A program made the position numbers and the translations under genes. A model generated the notes under the pieces. It searched no databases, had not been told where the DNA came from, and was given only the letters and a program-made list of their open reading frames with translations. A stretch of DNA of 64,000 bases from Nymphaea colorata (taxonomy: Eukaryota), in assembly GCF_008831285.2 (NCBI RefSeq), contig NC_045138.2, positions 30,070,001 to 30,134,000 of the forward strand. Direction: 5' to 3'. Of this stretch, positions 40,201 through 53,000 are shown piece by piece. Within the stretch, counting starts at the first letter, position 1; each line of letters starts with the position of its first letter.

Positions 40201-43200
40201 ATTGAATTGGACATTTTTAGGATCTACAACTGCCTTTAGTATCAACGAATGCTTACAGAAGCAATAAAATTGTGCAAAGCTAAGAACATGGATAAGTTAG
40301 TAGGATGCACCTGCAAAATAGATGACATGAACTTCGATAGACATATATCTTCAACATTTGATGGGTCTAATTTGAGCAGATCAATTATAACATATCCATG
40401 CTGCAATATTGAGGCATTAGGCAGAAAAAGTGAAAGAATTCTAATGAGACAAGGAAAAAAAATTAACATAATTCAGTACAAAAAATTATGAAATTGCTGA
40501 ATCCTTGAAAGCTATACTAGGAAAGCACAAAATTCAGTTCCATGCTTTAATGGTTGCTCAGTTTCATCGTATACAGCTAAAGCAGAAGACTCACATCCAT
40601 TATAGTTACTGATTCATATGTCAATTTTTGACAAGTTTGGTCCACAAAAGACCGGACTTTACGGCAGGCAGATATAGCTGCTTGCAATTCTCTTCCAAAA
40701 GAACCTGGCATCACAAAAGAAAGAAGGAGAAGAGCTTGTATTAGTTTGGTTCCAACAGCATAGCAAAATGCGGCATCACATGAAGATATGTAATATAACC
40801 TTCTTTCCCTTTTCCCACACTCACCAGCAGACCTTCCATAGTATTTCCTTGCAGGAAAAGAATTTTACAGAAAAGACTGAATCAACTTGATCATAAAATG
40901 TACTGAATCAATTTAATCACAAGGATGTACCATTGTTTACAATAACAGACATCTATATGATAGTGCACAATATTCAGCATCTACACGTCATCTGACTTAA
41001 CTCTTCATCTCAAGGAAATTGGCCCAAGTAATTAAATGCTGACATGATACACTAAAGTAAAAATTTGTAACTCACTTGCTGCGAAGTTTCTCAACAATGC
41101 ACGGATACGATTACGAGCAAACAAAGAACTCTGATTTGTAGGATCTTCCACCCACTGTTGCCCACTCTCTTGACATATCTGCAGGATAACATGAACCTTA
41201 GCAAACGAAATCCCAAAGGACAAGATCAATAAATCCTTCAAAAAAAAAACAACGATTTTAGGTCCATCAGATTCATCGAGGTTTGTTGAAGGTTCTAATT
41301 TAAGCTACCTCCAGTGCCCAACATTTGTTTCTCCACACTAAAAGAAATCAAGAAGTGCTGGGGAATGGAAAATCTGTCCACTTCAGTTGCCTGTTTTCCA
41401 GTACTTACAAGCACTTCTAGGGATTTACCAATTTCACTTGTTTGACATGGCAATGAAAATGAGAGGGGGATCACAGCCTCAAACAGATGCCCGGTTGCCT
41501 CTTAAATTTGCATCTTTTAAAGAATCAAACTTTGCTGTCTCCCCAACTTTTCATCATATTGCTCTGGATCCCCAAGCTTAGTTTAAACAGCAATATCAAG
41601 CACTTATTACATGAGCAAAGCAAAGATGGATCACGAAACAGCCTACTACTTTACGAACAGTAGAAAAGGCAGAAATGCAAAGGTATGCCAAAGCATGAAG
41701 TTAAATTCTAGGTAACCATAAACTTGGCCTTACTCTGTAAAGGTCACTTTTTGAGAAGTCAAGTAATGGCCTGACTAAGAGGATTCCATGGTTGTTCGAA
41801 CAATGACCATGGCAAGTTGGAAAATTGGGAAATAATTGAGACATAAATGCCATGCCAGCAAGTCCCAGGACACCACTATTCCGTGATAACCGAAGAATGA
41901 ATAACTCAGCCTGCACAGGATAATACCTCAATTAGCTCATTAACTAAGAATGGTCAACTTCTATAAAAGTTGCCACTATAAAAGGAAAGTGAATTCATCT
42001 AATGGTCTCAAGTTGTCAGTCAAGTTGACAGCAGCAGACTACAGTATCGCTTCAAAAGAATGTATAAATAAGCAAGTCATGCAGTTAAAAGAAAGGGATA
42101 AGAAAAGACTAAAGAGGGTTTAAACAGTGCATTCTGCTTCATTCACCTGAAGAGTCGTGTAATGACAAAGATGAGAATTAATCCCACAAATGTCCTACGA
42201 CTTAAAGCTGTAAGGATGTGAACCATTCTAACATCTATAGAGATGTTACTATGAAGAGAAACATGAATACCTTAATGTCAAAGAACTTTAAAAGTGGAAT
42301 TGACAGAAACCTGGTCATCTGAATGGTGTGCAATGAACAAGACATTGATCTGGCGCTGCAGGCATATATCTTGGAAAATACGATACCTGAATGAGAAATC
42401 CTAATCTGTGAAATTCTAAAAATGATTTTAATACGAAGTTAGAACGACACATACATATCACAATTTCAGAATAACTCGACCTTGGATATGGAGTCAAAGA
42501 CATGATCATGTGAAGAGCTTAGTAAGACCAGTATCTATGTTTATAACACCAATTTTTTAATTGCATAATTCCATCAACGTCATGGATCTGCTGGATACCC
42601 TTGCTGTGTGTTTCTTCCATGAACATGTAAACTACGAATTAGGTTTCAAACTTGACTAGTTGAAGTACCACATGTGAATGCTCCACTTGAAGCTTGACAA
42701 GGTAACACTACGTTTCTTACAGTACAAACTATTCAGTTTGTAGGATTCGTAGAATACCAAACTAATGGAGGACTCTGAAATCTCAATGTACACCTTCTAT
42801 GGCTGGCAATCTGATCAAACTACTTGCCTGTCTGATTCATTGCAAAAGTAAAAGATGCTTCAAGGAAATCACGATAATATCATGCCATAATAACAAGATA
42901 ACAACGTTCAAACTTCAAAAGAATGAGAAAGAGACCCACCTCATTTCCCGAGCTGCTTCTTGCAGATGACCCTGTTTCGGCTTCCCTGATGCCCAATCAC
43001 AACGTGCAATTTCACATCTAACACCTGTATGAAGAAAGGCTTAATGCAACCAATAAGATTCCGTCTGAACAAAAACAGAATTCCGTGATAGCTCAGCATT
43101 AAGAAAGCAGAATCTTCAAGTTGTAACTCATAAGAAAATGGACCCAGAAGTGAATAGATAACCAGGTACTATTAAGACACACTAACGAATATGGTGGCTA

Positions 43201-43888
43201 TTCATTTGCTATGGAAGTAAGGTCCATCAATGGAGTAGAAAGAAAAATCTAACCCATCCTAGAGACCAACCCATGTACATGGTTGGCCTCTGCTTCACTT
43301 TCGGCACGTAAACCATGATCAACGACGATTGCGAGGAGACCATCTATGTATCCCGACGTTTTATCTACGCCGCCGAGTCCGGCAGCTTTCCACGCCGAAG
43401 TTAATAGGCACAACGCCATGCTATCTGCTCCGCCTGATACGCCTATCGCTGCAAGATAGACAAAAGCACACCAGATAATTATACGCATTCTCCAGATACA
43501 AAATCGCTATTCAGATGAAAAAAACAATAGGAACAAACCAGAATCCTAGAAGGGTCAGAAGGGACTCACCAATCCTATGGTGGGGCTGGATACCGGCCAT
43601 TTCCATCCGTCGGAGGAAGGCTTCCCGGTACTGAAGCATCTGCTTCGACTCCTCAACCGGGAAGACGCCGCAGCAGAATGGGCGCTGTTGTTGGCGCGTC
43701 GTCGCGGGGAGGGCAACCATGGAGAACCAATGCGTGGAACGATCCTTTGGCACGCCTGGGCGACATTCGCGCTTGCGTTGGGATGAAGAGAAGAGAAGGC
43801 TTCTTCCACGGTTATTCAAGAACCCAAGAGCTTGGTGAACTCTGGATGAGGTGGGGGAGGAGGAAAGTTCGCTGCATATGCTCATCAT
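37295..43888 (-). CDS. RSY3: tRNA(Ile)-lysidine synthase (TilS/MesJ PP-loop family), RASPBERRY3-like, 11 exons, ~723 aa
   Basis: Exons 43570-43888, 43254-43448, 42940-43024, 42311-42386, 41734-41910, 41076-41178, 40595-40704, 40311-40400, 40087-40167, 37951-38793, 37295-37387; 2172 nt in frame. PP-loop AIGVSGGADS plus VDHGLR, AAREMRY, AHHSDDQAE, RPLL, EDPTN, RNRIR; C-terminus FKPRVPLGGG. Start could be 43888 or 43885. Confidence 0.9.
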
Positions 43889-44644
43889 CCCCTGGACGCA
43901 CAAGTCATCGCATGACCGTCTATCTGCCGATCTTCCTCTCACATTTCCCGCCGGAAATGGCCGGTAGGTTTGGGTGGTGGTACGCGGGAGACGTCGGGCG
44001 CCATGGTTTTCGAAGCAGCTGCCTTCTGCCGTTATCCTTTTGACACCGTGGGCCTCGCCGCCGACTACATCGAACCCAATCCACACGCAGGCTAGTGCAA
44101 GAGCATGCAAGGCTACTCCAGATTCAAATGAACATGCTCTTTATTTGCGAATTTTCTCTTATGGCATTTTCACCTTTTTCTTTTCATACTATTGTTTGTT
44201 GTATTTTGTCTTTAATGAATTTTCAATTTGTCAGCTCTCTTTCTCTCTCTCACGAGACTACATTAAGCCTTTCATTAAATCATTTGAATTCAGTGAAAGA
44301 AAGACTAGTCCAAAATCATGGAAATTCAAAATCAAAATGCTGTTTTTTTAGAAAACTAAATTATTAAACAAATATAGTGTTTTCTTTTCAGGATTAGGAA
44401 ACTGAAACCTATAATTTTGATTCCATTATAGTTTGAAGAGGAATTATGATCATGGAATTTTCATTTTTGAAGCAAAATTGGAAACTATCAAAAGCCCTAG
44501 TGAGACTAGAGTTTTATTATTTCTTTTGCTCCACATTTGGTATGTATTTAAGGTTTTAAGCACTTAGTTTTAGGAGTTAGTCCTATTTGGTAGGTCTTCC
44601 CAGATTGACGATAATTACATGCCGTTTTCTTGGAAATGATTTTA

Positions 44645-44812
44645 GAGGCTGTTTGGCAACATTGTTATTATCATATACAAATGTGTTGTAAAAAAAGGTT
44701 CAAATTTATGAAACACCAAGTGTTCTATAATATAGTGTTTTGTGAATCGGCCCTATTTTTTGGAGCATATTCACGAGATAGTAAAAATTGGTTACTATTG
44801 ACAAACAACTTC
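44645..44812. mobile_element. Tourist (PIF/Harbinger) MITE with TTA TSD
   Basis: GAGGCTGTTTGGCAA versus reverse complement of the right end, GAAGTTGTTTGTCAA. TTA on both sides (44642-44644, 44813-44815). Confidence 0.7.
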
Positions 44813-45077
44813 TTATGACAGAAATATATTAGTATAGTTGGGTGGCTTTAAAGGAGTATACATAAAACTTGTAAAGATAATCTCGATCTTATTGCGTAGG
44901 TAAAAACCTTTCCTATTTTCCTCTGTTTTCAGACTCTAGGGTTGTTCTGAGAGCAACTAAGCATCATGCACCCACTACTTGCAGTCCATAAGAGTAGCAC
45001 CCATGAAAATCTAACTAACAACTAGCTTTTCGAATAAAGACTTGTCACTTCACCAGTCCAACCAGCTACGCTACGTG

Positions 45078-45285
45078 CAGGGGCGAAGGGAGGGGGGGGG
45101 GGGAGCGCCTAAGCCATGGCCCCACCCTAACCAAATTAAAAAAAAAATATAGTGTAAAAATTGATTTTTTTTTTGTCTCAATGTATTTTTTGAATATAAG
45201 TTCAATTTGGCCCTACTCAAATTCAAAACCACAAAACCTAGTCCCCATTTGACCCCCCTTGCGGAAAATCCTAGCTCCGCCCCTG
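45078..45285. mobile_element. hAT-like MITE, 208 bp, with 8-bp TSD
   Basis: TIR CAGGGGCGAAG / CTCCGCCCCTG. TSD GCTACGTG (45070-45077) / GCTACATG (45286-45293). Confidence 0.8.
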
Positions 45286-45507
45286 GCTACATGTGACATA
45301 AACTTAAAAAGTTCCATGTTATTCAAAATAGAAAAACAATTTGTTTTGGATAATGAATGAGTTATCCAGTAAAGACTTGTCTCGCGATTGCACCAATCAC
45401 GTGCAAAGTTAGCCACTGTGGATGTTTTATCAAAGCTTTGCAAATAGTTTCTTACCAAGTTTCTTAGATAATGAGGTAAAAAATCATTATGTGCTGCAAT
45501 ATTTTCC

Positions 45508-45645
45508 TAGTGTTGTAAAAATCGTTTAGCATTAGCTCATATCGGCCGATACGTACCACATTAGGCAACCCAACGGTGTGCCTTTGCAGTATTGGCCGAT
45601 ACTGGGCATGTATCGACCGATACGACTTTGTATCTAATGATATGC
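45508..45645. mobile_element. DNA-transposon end fragment with CCGATAC subterminal repeats
   Basis: TAGTGTTGTAAAAATCG start followed by three CCGATAC motifs; no partner terminus found. Confidence 0.35.
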
Positions 45646-46568
45646 AAATATTTGAGATCTTGCACTTGTAGTAGACAAATTTACCATTCGTAACTTTAAG
45701 TACAATTACTTAGCTAATAAGACGAATTTTTGTCACTTCAATGCATGGCTACTTTTGATATCCTCGGATCCATATCCGAAGCTACTACATATATTATATA
45801 TATAGATCTTAAAACCGTGGATATGTAGTCCGACTCCCCTCAGACTATAAATACATGCTTTTTATAACATATCGCGGATTTAAAATCTGCAGTTGTGCAA
45901 TCTAATGTGTACTTAAACAATGGGATTCACTTAACATGGATTTAAAAATCAACCTCGGATCTGAGATCTAAGACTATCAAACATAGCTTATGTACATGTC
46001 ATTCTACTGATCATCTCCCCTTTCAAAGGGCATGTTTGGATGAAGGACAAATTTTGGTGAGAGATAATTTGTCCCTATTGTTGTGATAGCCTCTTGTTTC
46101 TCGATCAAAACAGTGTCAAGTTTTTTAGCATTCAAAACAAGTTCCTTTCACCGTAATTTACCGTTAAGATATGCCCCCACTCTTTGAAGGGGTCGGTTTG
46201 GCCATCAAACAGGGATTGGTTGTTGAAGTAAAACTTATCATAGACAGGTTTCACCAGCCAATCAAACGAGACTACTTATGTCTTTTTACTGAAGAGAAAG
46301 CTACAGTAATCAATTGAAGAAACCAATTTGAAATGTTTAACAAAAAAAAAAAAAACATTGAACTTGTGTGAATATGTGAAGTTGACAAATACGAGAAATT
46401 TTACCTCCTGCTAAAAAAAATGATTTTTTTTTTCTTGATTGTAATGGTTGTCTTAAAGATCTAGTATAATTTATCGGGTAGGTTTGCATATTAAAGACAC
46501 GTTGTTTGTTTAATTTTTGTGAATGATACCAAAAGGTAGGATCACAATTTGAAGAATGTTCTATCTTC

Positions 46569-46600
46569 ATCCAAATCCAAATCCAAATCCAAATCCAAAT
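46569..46600. repeat. (ATCCAA)n hexanucleotide repeat
   Basis: About 5 copies, directly visible. Confidence 0.9.
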
Positions 46601-46763
46601 TCGGACTTGAGACAAAGCAAGGGGAGTTCAGACAATGAGTTATTAACCGGACCAAAAAAAAACTGTAATTTATTATTAAGGAATGCACAGGAAGTTCAGA
46701 GGACATATTTGATAATCCAAGGAAACATGAAGGATATTTCTCGAAAACTATGAGAATGAAAAT

Positions 46764-46773
46764 CCACGTGGCA
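46764..46773. promoter_or_regulatory. G-box/ABRE-type element CCACGTGGCA in the SBT6.1 proximal promoter
   Basis: Exact motif ~250 bp upstream of the ATG, before a pyrimidine-rich patch (~46815-46870). Confidence 0.4.
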
Positions 46774-47013
46774 TAAGCTGTAACAGGACTCTTGATTCAT
46801 AAGCCACTTCGTTATCATTTTCCTTTTTGTAATATTCTTTTCCTCCTCCCTATTCCCCATCCACCTGCCTCCGGCTTGCCGCTAAATTACCGCCAATTGC
46901 GGCAATGGAGGGAAGGGGATCGGACCGTCGTTTAAGCGGCACCGGCGATACTCAGGCCTTGAGATAAGACCGCACCTGACCGTACGGCACAGACAGCGGG
47001 GTCATTCGAGGTG

Positions 47014-50000
47014 ATGACGTCCTGGAAGGTTCTACCTGTCTTCATCGCTCTCCTGTCCGTTATCATTTTCAATCTTGATTCCTCCTCAGACCCAAAAGGA
47101 GGCTTCCAATCCAAGGACGGTGCCGTCCATACTCCGGTGCCGGATGACGAGCCGTCCGTTGATTCCTGGCGCCGGTACATCGTTCGGTTCCGCGGGTACA
47201 AGAAGGCGGACGAGCACAAGTTTTACCTGCAGCAGAACCTCAGATCGGATGGATGGAGGTGGATTGAGAGGAAGAACCCCGCTTCGGCCTTCCCCACGGA
47301 TTTTGCGCTCGTCTCCATCGATGATCAATTGGTACCGGGTCTTGTTGATGACTTTGGAAAATTGGGGTTCGTCAAGGATGTTTTCGCCGAATCAAGGTAT
47401 TCCCGTGGCTTACTTGAAAAAGAGAGTGTTGATGCGAAGGAGATGAAGAAGCCCGGAAAGATCTTCACTTCGATGTCTTTTGATGACGGCGGTTATAGCA
47501 ATTCGACGTTCACTTGGAATCGGAAGCTTATGATTCAGGTAATGGCTCGTCGTCGATCATCTAAATGGTGGAAGCTTGAATGTCATTCTTTTGGGGATTC
47601 GAATTGATTCAACAATGATTTGATTCTTCTGTTGTCAATTAAAAGTTGTTGAAATTTGACTGCCTCGGATATACTTGTAAATGAATACGAATTGTAATTA
47701 TTGCTTCTTCTTTATTTTTTATTTTTTTTTTACCTTCGTGGTTGTCATATTTGATTTTCCATCAATCCTATTTTCTCTAAATTAGTATTATTTGTAACAT
47801 TTGTTTATTCCCTGTCATCGTGGGGGAAAATCCAAGTCAAATCATTATTCTTGTTGAGAATGCTTACGTTTTGCACTAAAGTGCGCCGTTTTCATTAACA
47901 AGAAATGCATGTGATGGTGTTTTTTTCTCCATTAGTCGTGGTTTTGTTCAGAGGCGGATGGTTATTTGCTTGCATTGGATTAGTTGGTCAGTGGATAAGC
48001 CTATATCTGCTCAACTGCAAATTTTATGTCAAGGACCTAAAGAAATTTTCTCTTGGTTGTCCAACTGTGGAAATACCAAGCTTCTCATTGCTGAAAATAT
48101 GTTCATTTTTTTTAAACTTTCACACCTCTCGACACTATGTGTCGTAAATCTACTGAGAATAAAGTTTTGTTGATTTGCAGAGGTCTCAGATCACCTCGCT
48201 GTTTGGAGCTGAGAAACTTTGGAGTCAAGGCTATACGGGTGCAAAGGTTAAGATGGCAATATTTGATACTGGTATTCGAGCCAATCATCCGCATTTCCGC
48301 AATATAAAGGTACAATAACTATTGGGTGTGGGGCATAGGAGTTCCACTCTTGGTTACTGGAGGACTTAACGGCGGCATGCTTATTTGAAAAACAGTTAAT
48401 CTTTTGCACAGCTGTTAATGGTACAACCTACGAGTTATCTTTGAGATATCTGTCAAATACGGCTTGGATGGGTCCCTAGGAAGAAAGTTGTCACCCTTTT
48501 CTAGCAGTGCATGGGGTCGCTAGCATTGCCTTTGTTGCAGTGTCAGAAGTGTTGAACTTGTCTCTTTAGTGTTTCCAGGAAAAGTGAACGCCCAGTATCT
48601 ACACCTGCTAGTCCATGTATTTTGACGCTGGTGGCTTTGTACATTGATAATTTTGGAAACTAGTTTGGCTGGTAGTTGTTACTGGCCTTACTGGTTCTAG
48701 GACTTACATTGGCTTGCTTACCGCACCACCATTTGCAACGGTGCCATGGTTATCCACTAGAGCATGTTCATTGTTTCATTCATGTATGCAGAATCTTGTT
48801 GCCGAAGTCACAATGTGGAGGTTCATATTTGTTAATGCTGTTCACTAGGAGAAATATAACTCAGTCATGAACAACTTAGCCACCTGCCGTGAGTATTTTT
48901 TTTCATGCCATTAGTAGGTTATATGTGAAATACAACTCGTTAGGTTGTTTCACACCATTACTTGGGCTCAACTGCATAAGAAGCAGATACACGTACCATA
49001 TCTGCCGTGAGGTTCTATGGGTTTCAGACTGTCATGCCATTGTTCTGCAAGGTTTGTATTGTTGTTTGCAAGCTGAATAATCAACTTACTGTTACAGGAA
49101 CGTACAAATTGGACAAATGAGGATACCTTAAATGACAACCTTGGTCATGGGACTTTTGTGGCAGGAGTTATTGCTGGTGAAGACTCTGAATGTTTAGGAT
49201 TTGCTCCAGATGCAGAAATTTATGCTTTTCGTGTATTCACTGATGCCCAGGTAACGTGGGTTCTTCCCTCCTTTGGAAGTCTACTTCTAATACACTTCCC
49301 ATTTTGTGCATCAGGGATATATGCTCAACGCTCTTGCAAGTACAAAAGTTTCTAACCGTTCTCTTTCTCCTAAGATATTCTTGTGGAGTTTGGTTTTTCT
49401 ACCATGCAGTTGGAAACTTCAGGGTGTCATGTGGCGTTCAATGAATCAGTTGGTCTTGGCTTTTCACCATCAGTCTGACGTATCTAACTTCTAAGTTCTA
49501 ACCTACTGAATTGCTCTTTTCTCTTCCATCAGCCATTCCCATCAGGGCTTGGTTACTTGGCCAGATTATTGCAGTACCAGCCAAATCAAAGGTTGGACTA
49601 GCTAAGCCTGTAAAGCATAAATTAAGCCCAATGTTATATTCGAGTAATGAACATGCTAGGCTCATTAAAGGACATGAAATTTAGGCCTGATCTCAAACTG
49701 ACTGGGCTGGACATATTCTCACTGAATGAATATACGTTAGGCCCAAATCGGACCCAGAAGTGATATGGCTACCATGCATTGTTAGATAATTTACAATCTT
49801 TACTTTTCTTTATAAAAAAATTACTTTTCTTAATTGAAATTGTTGAAATTTTGACAAAATTCTATGAGTTATGTATTATTGCAGTACTGCTCTGTTTTCT
49901 CCTTTTTAAGTGGTTTTATTTGTTCTCTGATTTTAATTTTGTAAACACTAGCTAGATTATGAGATGCTTGGTGTTCAGCCAAATTGCAGGTGTCGTATAC

Positions 50001-53000
50001 ATCATGGTTTCTGGATGCATTCAATTATGCCATTGCAACAAATATGGATGTTTTGAATTTGAGCATTGGTGGACCTGATTACTTGGATCTTCCATTTGTT
50101 GAAAAGGTAACTACTTACCTTGGTGATTATACCATGCTCAGTTAATTGTAGTATGACTAGTTCCATTTTCTCGAAGGGTGTCATTTGCACTGGTGAATCA
50201 ATCAGGCTCACTTTTGTTGTGTCACGTCATGGTCTTGAAGAGTATGTGGAGAACATGAAGAGTATGTGGATGTGTATATGTGGCTATGCGGATTGTCAAT
50301 TTAAATTCATGGGAGGATGCTACCGAGCATTCAAGTATCTAAATACCTCGTTTGTTAAAGCATGACGAGAATGCTGGAATGTGGTCCTCGCAGAAGATAT
50401 TATAGAATTACGGTACCACTTATTTATTGTTGTGTTTTAACTTTTAAATGTGTGCATTCTCAACATCCAAATTGATGGTAATTAGGAGGTCAAGATACGG
50501 GACATACATGTCCATATTGTATTTGTGTTTCTGAATTTCATGGACAACAACCCACAGATTGTGTGACCACCTGAAGGTGGTTGAAAAACTCAACCTTTTT
50601 GCTGTATCTCTTCAGTGCGAGAGTCTTGTCCTTTCTCACAGTGTGTCACTACCTTCAGAATTTTATGGCAAGGGAGAACCAGCAATAAGTTCAGAGTTTT
50701 AAATATTTTGAGGTTCGTGATTAAGAAAAATTAAGAAAAAATAACATATAAAATAAATGGTAAATTATGATAATTGATAAGTGATATTGCAAATGATATG
50801 AAAAGAAAACATTGAAATTTTAGCATCCTGTTTCAGAAACTTGCAATGAATTTTAGCGTCCTGTTGCAAAAACTCCTGACATATTTATGGTCATTGAGGT
50901 GGCATATATGGTTTCCTATCCTTAGTGGGTTTCTTACTTGGTGACTAATGACAGTTATGTTATTTAGTTTTCCATTTGAATAGTTTCTCACTACAGGGAA
51001 ATTCTGGTCTGTTATTTAATTTGTCCTCAGATTATTTTAGTAGACACATAAGAATTCAACTATTACGTGATTTCATGTATAGAGCCTGTGTTTTATGCTT
51101 CCAGTTAGTCATTGTTGACGTTCTCGTTCCTCATGCTTCTTGTTGATTGGTATAATTTTTATTCAGTATCATCTTTTGGTGTGATGGAAGGGTACCCAAG
51201 CATAGCTAGTCAAGTTTATTGGTTGACGATCTCAATCGCAAATTATATCACCTTTCATGTTTCTTTTCTTGCAAAAATGTTTGAAGTCGTTACCCAGTTG
51301 TAGAACGTTTTTCAGTGACTTCTGGTGATCATTTGATCATGAACTCATACTCTTCCATTCTGTTTTCTGTTGAAATCATCTGGAAGGTTTGGGAGCTGAC
51401 TGCAAATAACATTATCATGGTCTCAGCAATTGGAAATGATGGCCCTCTTTATGGCACCTTGAACAACCCAGCTGATCAAAGTGATGTTATTGGTGTTGGG
51501 GGAATCGATTATGATGATCATATAGCTTCATTTTCTTCACGTGGCATGAGTACCTGGGAGATTCCACATGGGTAGGTCAGGGGTTGCTTCTAAAGACAGC
51601 TTAAATTACGTGAAGTGTTTTTAGTTTGTTCAATAAGTGGACTTTAAATATTTTTTAGAAGTAATAAGGTCTTGTCGCCAGCACCCTTGCTTTATTGACA
51701 AATATGTTGGCTTTGAAAACGGTCTTGTTCTTGGTGGTTCATCATTTGTATCCATGATGAATCAAAAACAAGGTTGACACTATTTTTTTTCTTATTTTCT
51801 TCCGAAGAGTATTAGTACAAATGCATTTGTCTGTTGTAGTGTTTCAGATTCATCATACATCTGAACTTGTCTCTAATTCATTGAGGACTGTCTTCTATCA
51901 CTACCTGGATTATAAAGAAAAGCACAATTTATTCCTTGGATTCAAGCCTTTAACTTTTTACTTTTTGGACTCCTTTATAATGGTTAATTGGGTACTGGAC
52001 AAGAACGACCCCTGCCTCTATATAGCAGCTTTTGCGCATTTCTTCAAAGCATGTGAAAATTACTTCTCTGTATTCATATCACGCCAATAAAAATACTGAT
52101 GCATATTTACCCAAAGAGAAGGATCAAGTATCCTTACGCTACACAATATAGAGTTTAACTAACTCAAATGAGACTTCCTTAGTCTCAGGTTGGATAACTG
52201 AACTTTGGAAAACAAAATTTTATTTTTGAACAAAAAACATGAGTTGCCGATGGAAGAAATCTATAGCAGTGGCATGAAGGCTAGGAGATATTCAGCTTGA
52301 ATTGTGGTGCTCCGCCCAGTATTTTTTTTCATTCATGAAAGCATGATTGCTACCAATACAAGTCATGTTTTTCTTGTTAGCCCTGCTGCAAAGGACGATT
52401 TAAAGCTAATCTTTGCTCCCAACCCCCAGTCATACCCATTTTTCTGCATCTATCATTTACCATGGCTTCAGTAAGGATGAAAAGGAGATGGGAGCATCTA
52501 AAGTTCCCTTTTTCTCATCCCAGTGGTTAATTTCCTAATGTCATACTGCATTCTATTTTATTGATCTGCACAGTTACGGGCGTGTGAAACCAGATGTTGT
52601 CGCATATGGGCGAGAAATTATGGGCTCTAAGATCAGCACAGGTTGCAAGAGCCTTTCTGGCACCAGTGTTGCAAGCCCAGTGGTTGCTGGTGTAGTTTGT
52701 CTACTTGTAAGTGTCCTTCCAGAGAGTACTCGGCGTGACATTTTAAATCCTGCTAGCATGAAACAAGCGCTGGTTGAGGGGGCAGCTAAGCTTTCAGGTC
52801 CTAACATGTTCGAACAAGGTGCTGGTAGACTTGACCTGTGAGTTTCTGCAACTTTTGAAATCTCTCTCTCTCTCTCTCTCTCTCTCCCTCCCCCCCTTTT
52901 TTCACTTCCTCTATAGAATCAAAGTTGGTATATTAGCATTTGACCTAAGTATTATGGTAATTTCAACTTTTCCAGCCTGGAATCCTATGAAATTCTGCAA

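Noticed and set aside
37295..43888. TilS and TauE as bacterial horizontal transfer or contamination
   Set aside because: Both have 10-11 spliceosomal introns and belong to families native to plant nuclear genomes.
46700..46800. ERSE/UPRE feedback element in the S1P promoter
   Set aside because: CCACG is present, but I saw no CCAAT at ERSE spacing on either strand; kept only as a G-box.
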